Source: Hirschia sp.
GTDB taxonomy: Bacteria > Pseudomonadota > Alphaproteobacteria > Caulobacterales > Hyphomonadaceae
NCBI GenBank assembly: GCA_002709235.1
Contig: PAQI01000010.1
Coordinates: forward strand, 200,278-264,277
Direction of reading: 5' to 3'
DNA: 64,000 bases
Part shown: in pieces, positions 10,446 to 20,787 of the stretch
Layout of the letters: each line of letters starts with the position of its first letter
Numbering within the stretch: the first letter of the stretch is position 1
Notes under the pieces: model-generated
The model's input: only the letters and a program-made list of their open reading frames with translations
Databases searched by the model: none
Told to the model about the DNA's origin: nothing
Program-made: the position numbers and the translations under genes

Positions 10446-11840
10446 ATGAGCGAAGCGAACCCTGAACATGTCGAGCCGCCGGAAAATGAAGATGACAACA
10501 CTGTTGTCACCGAAGCGCGCATCGATGAATTCAGCGAAGCCGTAGAACATGACGCCCGTGACTATCTTGTCAGCGAAATGGCAGATATGCACCCGGCCGA
10601 TATTGCCGACGTCATGGAGCAGATGCCTCGCCATCTTGCCCTGGACATGGTGGAGCTGCTGGGTCAGTCGCTGTCCTATGAGGCGCTCACCGAGCTTGAT
10701 GTGGATCTTCGCACTGAAGCGCTTGAACGCCTTCCGGACAATGTGCTGGCTGAAGCCATTGAAGAGCTGGATTCTGACGACGCCGCAATCCTGGTCGATG
10801 ACCTTGAAGAAGACCGCCAACAGCGCATTCTGCGACAGGTCAATCCAAGTGACCGATCCGCAATCGAGACATCACTTCAGTTTGACGAAGAGACCGCCGG
10901 TCGTCTCATGCAGCGCGACTTCGTGGCTGCGCCTGAATTCTGGACTGTAGGTCAGGCGATAGATCACATGCGCGCGCAGGTTGGTAATCTGCCCGAGCCA
11001 TTCTTTGAAGTGTATCTGATCGATCCGGCATTTCATCTCATGGGTGTGGTCGTCCTGTCAGAGCTCATCTGCGCCAGTCGCGATACGCCTCTGATTGAGT
11101 TGAAGGAAGACCTGACGGCGATCGTGAAGCCTGACATGGATCAGGAGGAAGTCGCCTATATCTTCCAGCAATACAATCTGACCTCAGCGCCTGTGGTGGA
11201 TGAAGATAACAGGCTGACGGGCATGATCACCATCGATGACATGGTCGATGTGATTCAGAACGAAAACAAGGAAGACCTGCTGGCTCTGTCACAGGTGAAT
11301 GACGGGTCCGCCAGCCAATCTGTGTGGGATGCCTTCAAGTCTCGGGCACCATGGTTGGGCGTGAACCTCTTCACGGCTTTCCTGGCGTCGGGTGTGATTT
11401 CCCTGTTTGAAACGGCTTTGGACCAGATTGTAGCACTCGCCATGCTGATGCCGGTTGTGGCAGCATTGGGGGGTAACGCCGGGTCGCAGGCTTTGGCGGT
11501 GACTGTGAGGGCAATTGCCGAACGTGATATGATGGGCGCAATGGTGGCGCGTGCTGTCAGGCGGGAATTGTTCACGGCTGTCCTGAATGGTGCACTGTTT
11601 TCAGCTGGCGTGTCGATTATCGCATTCATCTGGTTTCGCGATCCGCGACTTGCCGGTGTCATTGGCGCGGCAATGTTCCTGACATTCATCTGGGCAGGCT
11701 TGTCAGGTGTACTGGTTCCCCTGACGCTGAGGCGACTGGGAGCTGACCCGGCTGTGGCGTCATCTGTGTTTGTGCTGACGACCGTGGATATCGTCGGATT
11801 CTGCGCATTTCTCGGGTTTGCCAGCATGGTGCTGCTCTAA
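10446..11840 (+). CDS. mgtE: Magnesium transporter MgtE
   Basis: The 464 aa protein has an MgtE N-domain, a CBS pair and a C-terminal 5-TM MgtE channel domain. Confidence 0.88.
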   Translation: MSEANPEHVEPPENEDDNTVVTEARIDEFSEAVEHDARDYLVSEMADMHPADIADVMEQMPRHLALDMVELLGQSLSYEALTELDVDLRTEALERLPDNVLAEAIEELDSDDAAILVDDLEEDRQQRILRQVNPSDRSAIETSLQFDEETAGRLMQRDFVAAPEFWTVGQAIDHMRAQVGNLPEPFFEVYLIDPAFHLMGVVVLSELICASRDTPLIELKEDLTAIVKPDMDQEEVAYIFQQYNLTSAPVVDEDNRLTGMITIDDMVDVIQNENKEDLLALSQVNDGSASQSVWDAFKSRAPWLGVNLFTAFLASGVISLFETALDQIVALAMLMPVVAALGGNAGSQALAVTVRAIAERDMMGAMVARAVRRELFTAVLNGALFSAGVSIIAFIWFRDPRLAGVIGAAMFLTFIWAGLSGVLVPLTLRRLGADPAVASSVFVLTTVDIVGFCAFLGFASMVLL

Positions 11841-11956
11841 CCACACACCCGGCCTCGAACTTGCAACCATCAGGCGAGAAACGCCTCATCCAGTACCGTA
11901 ATATGATAGTGGATGGGCGAGTGTATCGTTTGGTGTCAAAAAGGGTCGGGTCGGGT

Positions 11957-13360
11957 ATGTTCTCCAATAAAGCAATGTTTTCTGTCGCTATGACGTTTGT
12001 AGCGGCTGGTGGTGCCGTCGCTCAAACGGCTGCACCCACAGCCGAACAAACCGCTCAATCGCTGGACACGCTGCCGTCGGCAATTGAATCGGTGCTGCTC
12101 AAGAACCCACGCATCATCGCGGAACGTGATCGACGTGACATCGCCAAGGAAACGCTGACACAATCGCATTCGGCATTACGTCCTCAGATAAGCCTGACAT
12201 CCAGCGGTGGATTTTCACGATCCGGGTCTACGCGTGGTTCCAGCTTTGCGGGTTCCACGCAGGAAATCGATTACTATGACAGCAAGTCCAAGCTGGCATC
12301 CATCGGCATTGAGGCGACCCAGACGATCTATTCCGGCGGCACCCTTCAGTCAGGTGTCAGACAGGCACAATATGGTGTGGACTCGGCAAATGCCGAGTTG
12401 ATGGCGGTCGTGCAGGGGCTCATTCTGGAAACTTCCACCGCTTATATTGATGTACGCACCGCCGAAGGCGAACTTTCGATCCGAAAGCAGAATGTGGATG
12501 CTCTCAAGAAGCAGTTCAAAGCGGCCAAAGACCGTTTTGAAGTGGGGGAGGTCACACGAACAGATGTCGCGCAGGCAGAAGCACGCCTATCCGGATCACA
12601 AGCTGATGTCGCGAGTGCCTATTCCGCACTCGAATCTGCCAAGGCGGTCTATTATGAACTGGTCGGACGCCCGCCAGTGGCGCTCGCACCGCAGGATGAT
12701 GTAGTCATCGCGGCAGCTGAGCTTGAAGAGGCAATCGAGATCACGCTTGCGCATAATCCCACGATCGTTTCGGCCCGTGCGGTTCTCGAAGTGGCACGCC
12801 AGAACGTGAAGATTGTAAAAGGCCAAAGACGCCCGACAATCGATTTGGTCGGTACTGCCGGTTATCGTCAGGAATGGTCAGATGGCCGCCTGGACGATGA
12901 CAATGTCGAGCTTGTCGCCCGCGCACGTTTGCCGCTTTATCAAGGTGGTTTGCTCGCCTCCCGCGTTCGCACGGCCAAGCTGGAAGAAAACCGCGCATTG
13001 ATGCAATTGCGTGCGACCGAACGCTCATTGATCGCTGGCGTATCCAGAGCGTGGTACACCGTGATTGCAGCCGATCAGGCCATTGAGGCTTCACAGCGTC
13101 AGGTCGAGGCTGCGCAGATTGCCTTTGATGGTGCTGAACAGGAGCTGGCGGCCGGGTTGAGAACAACGCTGGATGTGCTCGATCAGGAACGAGAACTGCT
13201 CAATGCGAGACTTGGTCTGATCAATGCCGAGCGTGCTGCCTATCTGGCGCGTCAGCAGCTCAATGCAGCGATGGGAGAACTTACACCTGAAAAGTTCGGT
13301 GTTAACATTACATTATCCAGTACTTATGACTATTCAGGACGAATCCATAATGGTGGCTAA
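11957..13360 (+). CDS. tolC: TolC-family outer membrane efflux protein
   Basis: There is a signal peptide (MFSNKAMFSVAMTFVAAGGAVAQ). The duplicated OEP coiled-coil repeats follow. The ORF extends upstream to 11861, but ATG 11957 precedes the signal peptide. Confidence 0.82.
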   Translation: MFSNKAMFSVAMTFVAAGGAVAQTAAPTAEQTAQSLDTLPSAIESVLLKNPRIIAERDRRDIAKETLTQSHSALRPQISLTSSGGFSRSGSTRGSSFAGSTQEIDYYDSKSKLASIGIEATQTIYSGGTLQSGVRQAQYGVDSANAELMAVVQGLILETSTAYIDVRTAEGELSIRKQNVDALKKQFKAAKDRFEVGEVTRTDVAQAEARLSGSQADVASAYSALESAKAVYYELVGRPPVALAPQDDVVIAAAELEEAIEITLAHNPTIVSARAVLEVARQNVKIVKGQRRPTIDLVGTAGYRQEWSDGRLDDDNVELVARARLPLYQGGLLASRVRTAKLEENRALMQLRATERSLIAGVSRAWYTVIAADQAIEASQRQVEAAQIAFDGAEQELAAGLRTTLDVLDQERELLNARLGLINAERAAYLARQQLNAAMGELTPEKFGVNITLSSTYDYSGRIHNGG

Positions 13361-13424
13361 GAGTCGGCTTAGAGGCTAAACTGACTGGCGCTACCTCCGG
13401 AATGCAGGACCAAGGGCCAAAACC

Positions 13425-14081
13425 ATGTCAGCCGACAACGCTCAAGCTGAACCAACGATGGAAGAAATCCTCGCATCGATCCGTCGGATTATCTCCGAGG
13501 ATGATGAAGGCGAGGAATCAGAAGTTCTGGAACTGGATGAGGAAGGTGCCGCCGAAGGCGATGCCGAGGAAATGGACATGGCCGCCGCAATGGAAGCGGA
13601 AGAAGATGGCCTGGACATGGAAGATCTCATGGCGGTTGACGCCGAGGACATTGTCGAAGCTCCCGCCGAAGAAGAACTGATTGATGAGGACAGTTGGGCA
13701 GAAGCTTTTGCTGAAGAAGAAAGCGATGTCGTTGAAATACCTCCTGAAGCTGCCGCGCCCGACATTGACGACTCAGAGATTGATTTCGGGATAGAGGAAG
13801 CTGAACCAGCACCTCAGCCTCCACCAAAAGCGCCAACCGCTGCGCCCGAACCCAGCAGTGCCTATGATGGTCTGGTCGCTGACAGCACAGCGACAGCAAC
13901 CGCCGGTGCGCTTGGCAAGCTGATGGGGTCCATGATGACCTCACAGGGCATGACGCTCGAAGATCTTGTGCGTGAAATGCTCAAACCGATGCTGAAAGAG
14001 TGGCTGGACGCCAATTTGCCAAATCTGGTGGAGCAGGAAGTCCAGAAGGAACTGCGCCGTATTTCCAAGATGGCCAAATAG
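13425..14081 (+). CDS. popZ: Polar organizing protein PopZ (DUF2497)
   Basis: The N-terminus MSADNAQAEPTMEEILASIRRIISEDD matches Caulobacter PopZ as recalled from memory. A very acidic low-complexity middle is followed by the C-terminal DUF2497 block LEDLVREMLKPMLKEWLDANLPNLVEQEV. Confidence 0.82.
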   Translation: MSADNAQAEPTMEEILASIRRIISEDDEGEESEVLELDEEGAAEGDAEEMDMAAAMEAEEDGLDMEDLMAVDAEDIVEAPAEEELIDEDSWAEAFAEEESDVVEIPPEAAAPDIDDSEIDFGIEEAEPAPQPPPKAPTAAPEPSSAYDGLVADSTATATAGALGKLMGSMMTSQGMTLEDLVREMLKPMLKEWLDANLPNLVEQEVQKELRRISKMAK

Positions 14082-14113
14082 CCGCCACGGATTGCAGCTG
14101 GCAGACCGACTCT

Positions 14114-14590
14114 TCAGGATGTGGAATCCATCGGGTCCGGATTGGCCTGATGATACATGGCGGCACTTTCAATCCCTGCCAGGCTGACGCCTAGAGCGGC
14201 TGCGCCTTCTTCCAGCATGTCCGAAAGCAATGGATGTCTGGCCAGATATTGCCCTGTCGGTGTGTCGGCACGATCCATCGCGGTTTGTTGGGCCTGGTTC
14301 CACTGGCTCGCATCGAAATCGCCACGACCAATCCAGAATATCGTCACAAGCGAAGCCTGTTCCTCAGCAGACAGACCGTCTATTGCCGCCACCAGCTCCT
14401 GAAGCGCCGCATTATCGGCATGGGAATCGAGAACGCTGACAAATCTGTCATCGGCTGAATCAGATGCATCTTCGGCGTCCGTTTCATTCGAGAGAACATC
14501 AAAACTACGCGCTTTCAGGACGATATGCGCCAATGTTTCTTCCGAGATGTTGAGAGTTTCCCATTCTCTGCCTTCGTCATGTAATGTCAT
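14114..14590 (-). CDS. DUF3775 domain protein
   Basis: The ORF is acidic and helical. The likely start is ATG at 14590 (MTLHDEG), since the track ORF extends upstream into the valS promoter region. Confidence 0.5.
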   Translation of the reverse strand: MTLHDEGREWETLNISEETLAHIVLKARSFDVLSNETDAEDASDSADDRFVSVLDSHADNAALQELVAAIDGLSAEEQASLVTIFWIGRGDFDASQWNQAQQTAMDRADTPTGQYLARHPLLSDMLEEGAAALGVSLAGIESAAMYHQANPDPMDSTS

Positions 14591-14794
14591 GTGGCGGTTC
14601 CTTATTGTCGAAATTAGCGTGCGTTGAGGCCAACAGGCTCCTGCCATATGGCGGCGCACGATGTGAAATGGCATCAATTGGTGCCAAACTCTCTTGGCAC
14701 AACACTCGCCCCGGGGGACAAGCCTTGTTATAGAGCCCACTTCGCAAACAGACGCGCCAGTTCGTGGCGCAGTTCCCGGCTAAAAAGAAAAAAG

Positions 14795-17722
14795 ATGCTC
14801 GACTCACATTTTGATCACCAGGCAGAAGAACAGCGGATCTACGAGGAATGGGAAAAGGCCGGGGCGTTCAAGCCCAAGGATGACCCGCAAGCTGAAACCT
14901 TTTCCATTGTGATCCCACCGCCAAATGTGACCGGTGTCCTGCATATGGGCCACGCCCTGAACAATTCGCTACAGGATGCCTTGTGCCGGTTCGAGCGTAT
15001 GCGTGGCAAGCGAGTCTTGTGGCAGCCGGGCACAGACCATGCGGGCATCGCAACGCAGATGGTGGTCGAGCGCCAACTGGCAGCTGAAGGCAAGAATGAA
15101 AGCCGTGTCGGCATGGGCCGCGAGAAGTTTGTCGAGCGCGTGTGGGAGTGGAAAGAAGAAAGCGGCGGCGCGATCTTCAACCAGCTGAAACGACTGGGCG
15201 CGAGCTGCGACTGGTCGCGTGAGAAATTCACGCTGGGCAAGAATGGCGCACCGGATGACCAGATGGTCCAGGCCGTCATGAAGGTCTTTGTGGACCTCTA
15301 CAATGAGGGCCTGATCTATCGTGACAAGCGGCTGGTCAACTGGGACCCCAAATTCCAGACCGCGATCTCGGACCTTGAGGTCGAGAACACCGAAGTCAAA
15401 GGTGGTTTCTGGCACTTTGCCTATCCACTGGCCGATGGCGTGACGTTTGATTTCCCGGTTCCCGTTCTGGATGAGGATGGCAAGCCGACCGAGGAAATGA
15501 CTACCGAAAACCGGGATTATATCGTTGTCGCCACCACGCGTCCGGAAACCATGCTGGGTGATACGGCGGTTGCCGTGAACAAGGATGACGAGCGTTATGC
15601 GTCATTGATCGGTAAGTTTATCGACCATCCGATCACGGGTCGCCGCATTCCCATCGTGGCGGATGAACACGCCGACCCGGAGCAGGGGTCAGGTGCGGTC
15701 AAGATCACCCCGGCGCATGACTTCAATGACTATGAAGTCGGCAAGCGCGCCAAGCTGCCGATGTTGAATGTCCTCGACAATGAAGCGCGTATTCTTGAGA
15801 CATTCGACGCCTATAATGGCGACGGCGCGATCTTCACTGTCGAAGCCGAAACAGCACCCGCAGGCTATGGTGGGCTGGATCGTTTTGCGGCGCGTGACAA
15901 GATCGTGGCCGACATGGACGCACTCGGTCTGCTCAAGGAGGTTGAAAAGAAGAAGATCGTTCAGCCCTTTGGCGACCGCTCTGGCGTGGTCATTGAGCCG
16001 ATGCTGACTGACCAGTGGTATGTGGACGCCAAGACACTGGCCAAGCCCGCCATCGAAGCCGTGGAGCAGGGCAAGACACGCTTCGTCCCGGAGAACTGGT
16101 CCAAGACCTATTACAACTGGATGCGCGACATCGAGCCCTGGTGTATCTCCCGCCAGCTCTGGTGGGGCCACAGGATTCCGGTTTGGTTCGGCGAAAAACT
16201 TGCAAATGACGGAAAGATCGACCCGACAGGCAAGTATGTCGAGTTTGTTGCTACGACAGAAAGCGAAGCACTGGAAAAAGCGAAAGCTTATTACGGAAAA
16301 AATGTGAGCGTAAGAATTCGTGATCATGTTTCGCACGAATTGGATGGTGAAGCCTTGGAGGCTGTGGACATTCGACAAGACACCGACGTCCTCGACACAT
16401 GGTTCTCCTCCGCACTGTGGCCATTCTCCACATTCGGCTGGCCTGAAGAGACAGACACGTTGAAGGCTTTCTACCCAACCTCCGTTCTGGTCACCGGGTT
16501 TGACATCATCTTCTTCTGGGTCGCCCGCATGATGATGCAGGGCCTGCACTTCATGAAGGACGAGGATGGCAACCCACAGGTTCCCTTCAAGGATGTCTAC
16601 ATCCACGCACTGGTGCGCGACGAGAAGGGACAGAAAATGTCCAAATCTAAGGGGAATGTGATTGATCCCCTGGAACTCGTGGATGAGTTCGGTGCCGATG
16701 CCGTGCGCCTGACGCTGACGGCAATGGCTGCGCAGGGCCGCGACATCAAGCTCTCCAAACAACGTGTCGCTGGTTATCGTAATTTCGGCACCAAGCTCTG
16801 GAACGCCGCACGCTTTTGCCAGATGAACGAATGTGCGTTGTTCGAAGGCGATGACTATGATCCGCTGAAGCTTGAGTTCACGCTCAACAAATGGATCGTC
16901 GGCGAAGTCGCGAAAACGGCTGAGACGGTCGAGCGCGAGATGGAGGCATACCGCTTCGATCAGGCCGCAGGTGCGATCTACAAATTCGTGTGGAATGTCT
17001 TCTGTGACTGGTATCTGGAGCTGATGAAGCCGGTCCTCAATGGAGATGATGAGGAAGCCAAGTCTGAAACGCGTAAGACGGCGGCCTGGACGCTGACCCA
17101 GATCATTCACATCCTGCACCCTTTCATGCCATTCGTGACCGAGGCGCTGTGGAAGGACATGGCGGAATATGGGTCCTGGAAGGAAGCTGGCCTGCTGTGC
17201 GAGCGCAGCTGGCCGCGTTTCGGACCAGACGCCCAATCTGCTGATGCCAATGAAGAGATAGACTGGGTCATTCGCCTGGTCACGAGCATTCGCTCGACCC
17301 GCGCTGACCTGAACGTTCCGGCCGGGGCAAAGGCTCCGGCCATCATCGTGAATGCGTCACCCCAGAACAAGGATCGCACGCGGCGCTATTCAGACATCAT
17401 CGAACGTCTCGCACGCCTTGAGCTGTTCTCGATATCGTCAGAAATTCCCGATGGTGCGGTCAGAATGGTTCATGATGAAGCCACCGTCGCATTGTCCATC
17501 GCCGAGTTCATCGACCTGAATGCCGAACGCGCAAGGCTGTCCAAGGAGATCGATAAACTCAACAAGGACATTGACGGCATCGACCGGAAACTAGCCAATG
17601 AACAATTTCTGGCAAAAGCACCGCCGGAAGTTGTCGATGAACAAAGAGAGCGCCGCGCCGAATCGGAAAACGTGATTGCTCGTCTTCAGGATGCACTCTC
17701 CACCCTGAGCGAGATTGGTTGA
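14795..17722 (+). CDS. valS: Valine--tRNA ligase
   Basis: It has the HMGH and KMSKS motifs, an editing domain and a C-terminal coiled coil. The probable start is MLDSHFDHQAEEQRIYEEWEKAGAF at 14795, because the track ORF has a spurious 57-codon upstream extension. Confidence 0.95.
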   Translation: MLDSHFDHQAEEQRIYEEWEKAGAFKPKDDPQAETFSIVIPPPNVTGVLHMGHALNNSLQDALCRFERMRGKRVLWQPGTDHAGIATQMVVERQLAAEGKNESRVGMGREKFVERVWEWKEESGGAIFNQLKRLGASCDWSREKFTLGKNGAPDDQMVQAVMKVFVDLYNEGLIYRDKRLVNWDPKFQTAISDLEVENTEVKGGFWHFAYPLADGVTFDFPVPVLDEDGKPTEEMTTENRDYIVVATTRPETMLGDTAVAVNKDDERYASLIGKFIDHPITGRRIPIVADEHADPEQGSGAVKITPAHDFNDYEVGKRAKLPMLNVLDNEARILETFDAYNGDGAIFTVEAETAPAGYGGLDRFAARDKIVADMDALGLLKEVEKKKIVQPFGDRSGVVIEPMLTDQWYVDAKTLAKPAIEAVEQGKTRFVPENWSKTYYNWMRDIEPWCISRQLWWGHRIPVWFGEKLANDGKIDPTGKYVEFVATTESEALEKAKAYYGKNVSVRIRDHVSHELDGEALEAVDIRQDTDVLDTWFSSALWPFSTFGWPEETDTLKAFYPTSVLVTGFDIIFFWVARMMMQGLHFMKDEDGNPQVPFKDVYIHALVRDEKGQKMSKSKGNVIDPLELVDEFGADAVRLTLTAMAAQGRDIKLSKQRVAGYRNFGTKLWNAARFCQMNECALFEGDDYDPLKLEFTLNKWIVGEVAKTAETVEREMEAYRFDQAAGAIYKFVWNVFCDWYLELMKPVLNGDDEEAKSETRKTAAWTLTQIIHILHPFMPFVTEALWKDMAEYGSWKEAGLLCERSWPRFGPDAQSADANEEIDWVIRLVTSIRSTRADLNVPAGAKAPAIIVNASPQNKDRTRRYSDIIERLARLELFSISSEIPDGAVRMVHDEATVALSIAEFIDLNAERARLSKEIDKLNKDIDGIDRKLANEQFLAKAPPEVVDEQRERRAESENVIARLQDALSTLSEIG

Positions 17723-17739
17723 GTAAAAAGGAGCCGCGA

Positions 17740-18789
17740 ATGTATTCGCGCTTTCTTGTATTGGTCAGTTGCGTCGCCGCAATTGGTTTCTGGTCCTGTT
17801 CGCGGTCCACGGCGGAGGAGGGATCTGCGCCCAAGCCCATGCAGACGGGCTATCTGGCAAAGGTCGAACCAGTGGCGTCCGATGAATGGGTCCTGCTCAT
17901 TCACGGCGGTGCAGGCGTCATCTCACGCAATAACATGACGGCTGCCAGGGAAGCCGCTTATCGTGAGGGGCTGGAGCGCGCTCTCGAAGCGGGCGGGTCG
18001 GTGCTTTCCGAAGGCGGCACGGCGCTGGATGCTGTTGAGGCTGCAGTGGTGCTGCTTGAGGACAATTCCTTGTTCAATGCCGGCAAGGGCGCAGTTCTGA
18101 CAGCCGACAGGACGCATGAACTGGATGCATCCATCATGTCGGGCATTGATCTGAATGCAGGCGCTGTGGCGGGCATCAGGACCACGAAAAACCCCATCAG
18201 GGCAGCGCGCGCGGTAATGGACCGGTCAGAGCATGTGATGTTCGCAGCGCAAGGCGCGGACAGATTTGCCCAGGACCAGGGTCTCGAGCAGGTGACCAAT
18301 GACTATTTCACGGTGTCATCTCGTGTGAAGGCGCTTGATCGGGTGCTGAAGACGAGGGCCGAAAAATCTGACAAGCGCGGCACTGTCGGTGCTGTGGCCA
18401 TTGATGTCCGGGGTAATCTGGCAGCAGCTACATCGACGGGCGGCATGACCGCCAAGATACCGGGCCGCGTCGGGGATTCTCCCATTATCGGGGCGGGCAA
18501 TTATGCAGACAATGGCGCATGTGCCGTATCTGCGACCGGACATGGTGAGTATTTCATACGTGTCGGTGTTGCCCAGCGTATCTGCATGGAGATGGAGCAG
18601 GGAAAAGCGACCCCCGGTCAGGCGGGGGCTGATGTCTTGCGCCGCGTTGCGGATCTGGGCGGGGATGGCGGATTGATCATTCTGTCGCCTGCGGGTGACG
18701 GTGCATTTGTTTTCGATACGCCGGGCATGTTCCGTGGCGTTATCCGCGCGAATGGCGCACTCTCGACATCAATCTATCAGGACGAGTAA
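17740..18789 (+). CDS. Isoaspartyl peptidase / L-asparaginase (Ntn-hydrolase, plant-type asparaginase family)
   Basis: The motifs HGGAG and the autoproteolytic GTVGAVAIDxxGNLAAATSTGG are present. There is an N-terminal signal/lipoprotein-like peptide. The RBS aaaaaggag lies 5 nt before ATG 17740. Confidence 0.85.
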   Translation: MYSRFLVLVSCVAAIGFWSCSRSTAEEGSAPKPMQTGYLAKVEPVASDEWVLLIHGGAGVISRNNMTAAREAAYREGLERALEAGGSVLSEGGTALDAVEAAVVLLEDNSLFNAGKGAVLTADRTHELDASIMSGIDLNAGAVAGIRTTKNPIRAARAVMDRSEHVMFAAQGADRFAQDQGLEQVTNDYFTVSSRVKALDRVLKTRAEKSDKRGTVGAVAIDVRGNLAAATSTGGMTAKIPGRVGDSPIIGAGNYADNGACAVSATGHGEYFIRVGVAQRICMEMEQGKATPGQAGADVLRRVADLGGDGGLIILSPAGDGAFVFDTPGMFRGVIRANGALSTSIYQDE

Positions 18790-18828
18790 CGTCTGCGGAC
18801 GATCTGAGTCTATGAAGCTGGGGAATGC

Positions 18829-19821
18829 ATGGCGGAAGAAGACGACAATGAGCGCCTGAATGCCGCTTTCTCTGGTCTACCCGATGAATTCGAATTCTTC
18901 CGGGATATCTACAACAACCAGATCAGGCCCGATCTGTCCTCGCGCGAAATCGAACGTCTGGCGGCAGCGCGCAAGGCCAGGAATTTCTCGACTTATGCAG
19001 TGGTGGGAGGCGTTACGCTCGCTGCGATTGTCTTCATTCTGTTTCGCAATCCCATCGGTCTGTTCCTGGGCGGCATCGCAGGGTTCGGCCTGCATGCATA
19101 CGGGCGTCAGGAACTGGGAAGTCTGTCTGTACGCGCCAAGACAACCATCATGAATGAAGTGTCCAGCGCCTTTGATCTGGATTATACGCTGCAACCCATG
19201 CAGCCACCGGTGCTGAGCCGGTTTCGGAATCTGCAACTTCTACCGAACTGGGATCGCTCCAGCTTTGAAGACATGCTGACGGGGCAAAGAGGCGGGTCAG
19301 CCTTTGAGTTCTTCGAAGCTACATTGAAACAACGCAGAACAACGACGGACTCCAAGGGGCGTAGCCGCACAAGATATGTCACCGTGTTTGATGGTCAGTG
19401 CCTCGTCGTGCATTTCCCCAAACCCTTTCTGGGCGTGACCAAGGTCTTTCGCGATGCGGGGATATTCAATGTCTTCAAGGGAATGGGAAACAAGGAAGAC
19501 CGTGTGCGTCTGGAAGATCCCAAATTCGAGAAAGCCTTCGAAGTTGTCTCGACCGATCAGATCGAGGCCCGGTTTCTGCTGACACCAGACTTCATGGAAA
19601 AGCTGCTGGAGCTGGAGCAGACCTTTCAGGGTGGAAAATTGAGATGCGCGTTCTCTGGCGGTGAATTGTTTGTATGTGTCGAGGGCGGTGATCTGTTCGA
19701 GCCGGGCTCGATGTTCACACCGCTAGACAATCCCGATCGCGTGCGAGAGCTGCTTTTCGATTTTGCTGCTGTTTTCCAGTTGATCGACACAGTGATCGAA
19801 CAAAGACGATTGTCGGATTGA
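18829..19821 (+). CDS. Hypothetical membrane protein (possibly DUF3137-like)
   Basis: The 330 aa protein has an acidic N-terminus and two TM helices (YAVVGGVTLAAIVFILF...GLFLGGIAGFGL). No recognisable catalytic motif is present. Confidence 0.45.
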   Translation: MAEEDDNERLNAAFSGLPDEFEFFRDIYNNQIRPDLSSREIERLAAARKARNFSTYAVVGGVTLAAIVFILFRNPIGLFLGGIAGFGLHAYGRQELGSLSVRAKTTIMNEVSSAFDLDYTLQPMQPPVLSRFRNLQLLPNWDRSSFEDMLTGQRGGSAFEFFEATLKQRRTTTDSKGRSRTRYVTVFDGQCLVVHFPKPFLGVTKVFRDAGIFNVFKGMGNKEDRVRLEDPKFEKAFEVVSTDQIEARFLLTPDFMEKLLELEQTFQGGKLRCAFSGGELFVCVEGGDLFEPGSMFTPLDNPDRVRELLFDFAAVFQLIDTVIEQRRLSD

Positions 19822-19962
19822 TCTGATAATTCCAGACAAATGGGCGAAAAACCCTGTTTTCGCCCGAAAAAAGCCCCGTGTGGTTTCGATATTCAGTTCA
19901 GGTTCAAAGGCTGTTTGATAGTTTCGAATGGCTTAGAAAGATAAAGACCAAGGAAAGCCCTC

Positions 19963-20355
19963 ATGCACAGTCGCTCAATCGTCGCCGCCGCAATTCTGAC
20001 TTTCACCATGTGTGGTGTCGCGAATGCTTCACCGGCCAAATGTTCGAGCATGTACAAGGAACTGGTCTCGCTTCAGGAGCGTGCTGTGGCCATCCAGACA
20101 TCGCAGGCCGAGCAGGAAGAGATCTTCAGGATACATGATGATGCACGTGCCAATGCTCGAGGTGAGCTCCAGAATCTGAGCATGAATATCAGTTCGGATT
20201 TCAGCCGTGAAGAACTCGAAGGCATGATCGCTGAACACCACGAGAAAGCCGAGGCTGCGAAATCGACCTTGAACGCGCTTAATGCAGAAGCGCTTGAAGT
20301 GTCTCCCGCCTACAAGCAGAAAGCGGAATCCTTCAATACGGAATGCACGAGCTAG
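19963..20355 (+). CDS. Small secreted hypothetical protein
   Basis: The 130 aa protein has a signal peptide (MHSRSIVAAAILTFTMCGVANA). It has two Cys residues and a helical, Ala/Glu-rich body. Confidence 0.4.
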   Translation: MHSRSIVAAAILTFTMCGVANASPAKCSSMYKELVSLQERAVAIQTSQAEQEEIFRIHDDARANARGELQNLSMNISSDFSREELEGMIAEHHEKAEAAKSTLNALNAEALEVSPAYKQKAESFNTECTS

Positions 20356-20787
20356 TTAGTTTTCGCGGAGCTCTCTTTGTGTCGCTATCTCAGCAGGCGT
20401 GATCTCGGCAGCTCTGGATTTCCACAGGATGCCGATAAACATGGCCTTGGCATAAGGCAGTATCGTCAAGCACATCGCCATGCCCAGCGACATCAGGCAG
20501 ATCGCCAACAGCCAGAGCGGCAGGGGGCTCTTGCCGGTTGCAAGCACCAGTACCGGCGCGAGTATGTGTCCGGTGATCAGGATGGTCAGCCAGGCAGGGC
20601 CGTCATCTGCTCGGATAGCCCCCAGATTTTCTGAGCAATTCTCGCAGCTATCGACCTGTTTGAGGTAGCCTTTGAAGAGCTTTCCGGTCCCGCAGGCCGG
20701 GCATTTGCGGGCGAGGGTTCGCTTGATGGCGGACCACATGGTCAGCGGAGCGTCAGGGATGGCACTGGTCATCAGTTTCTCGGTCAC
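20356..20787 (-). CDS. DUF983 domain membrane protein
   Basis: The 143 aa protein has a zinc-ribbon-like CPACGTGKLFKGYL...CENC followed by two TM helices. Confidence 0.6.
   Translation of the reverse strand: MTEKLMTSAIPDAPLTMWSAIKRTLARKCPACGTGKLFKGYLKQVDSCENCSENLGAIRADDGPAWLTILITGHILAPVLVLATGKSPLPLWLLAICLMSLGMAMCLTILPYAKAMFIGILWKSRAAEITPAEIATQRELREN

Noticed and set aside
14624-14794. N-terminal 57-codon extension of the valS ORF
   Set aside because: The extension overlaps the convergent or divergent DUF3775 region. The canonical ValS N-terminus begins at Met-58 (MLDSHFDHQ...).
15689-17236. 515 aa minus-strand ORF inside valS
   Set aside because: It is a shadow ORF opposite an unambiguous valyl-tRNA synthetase gene.
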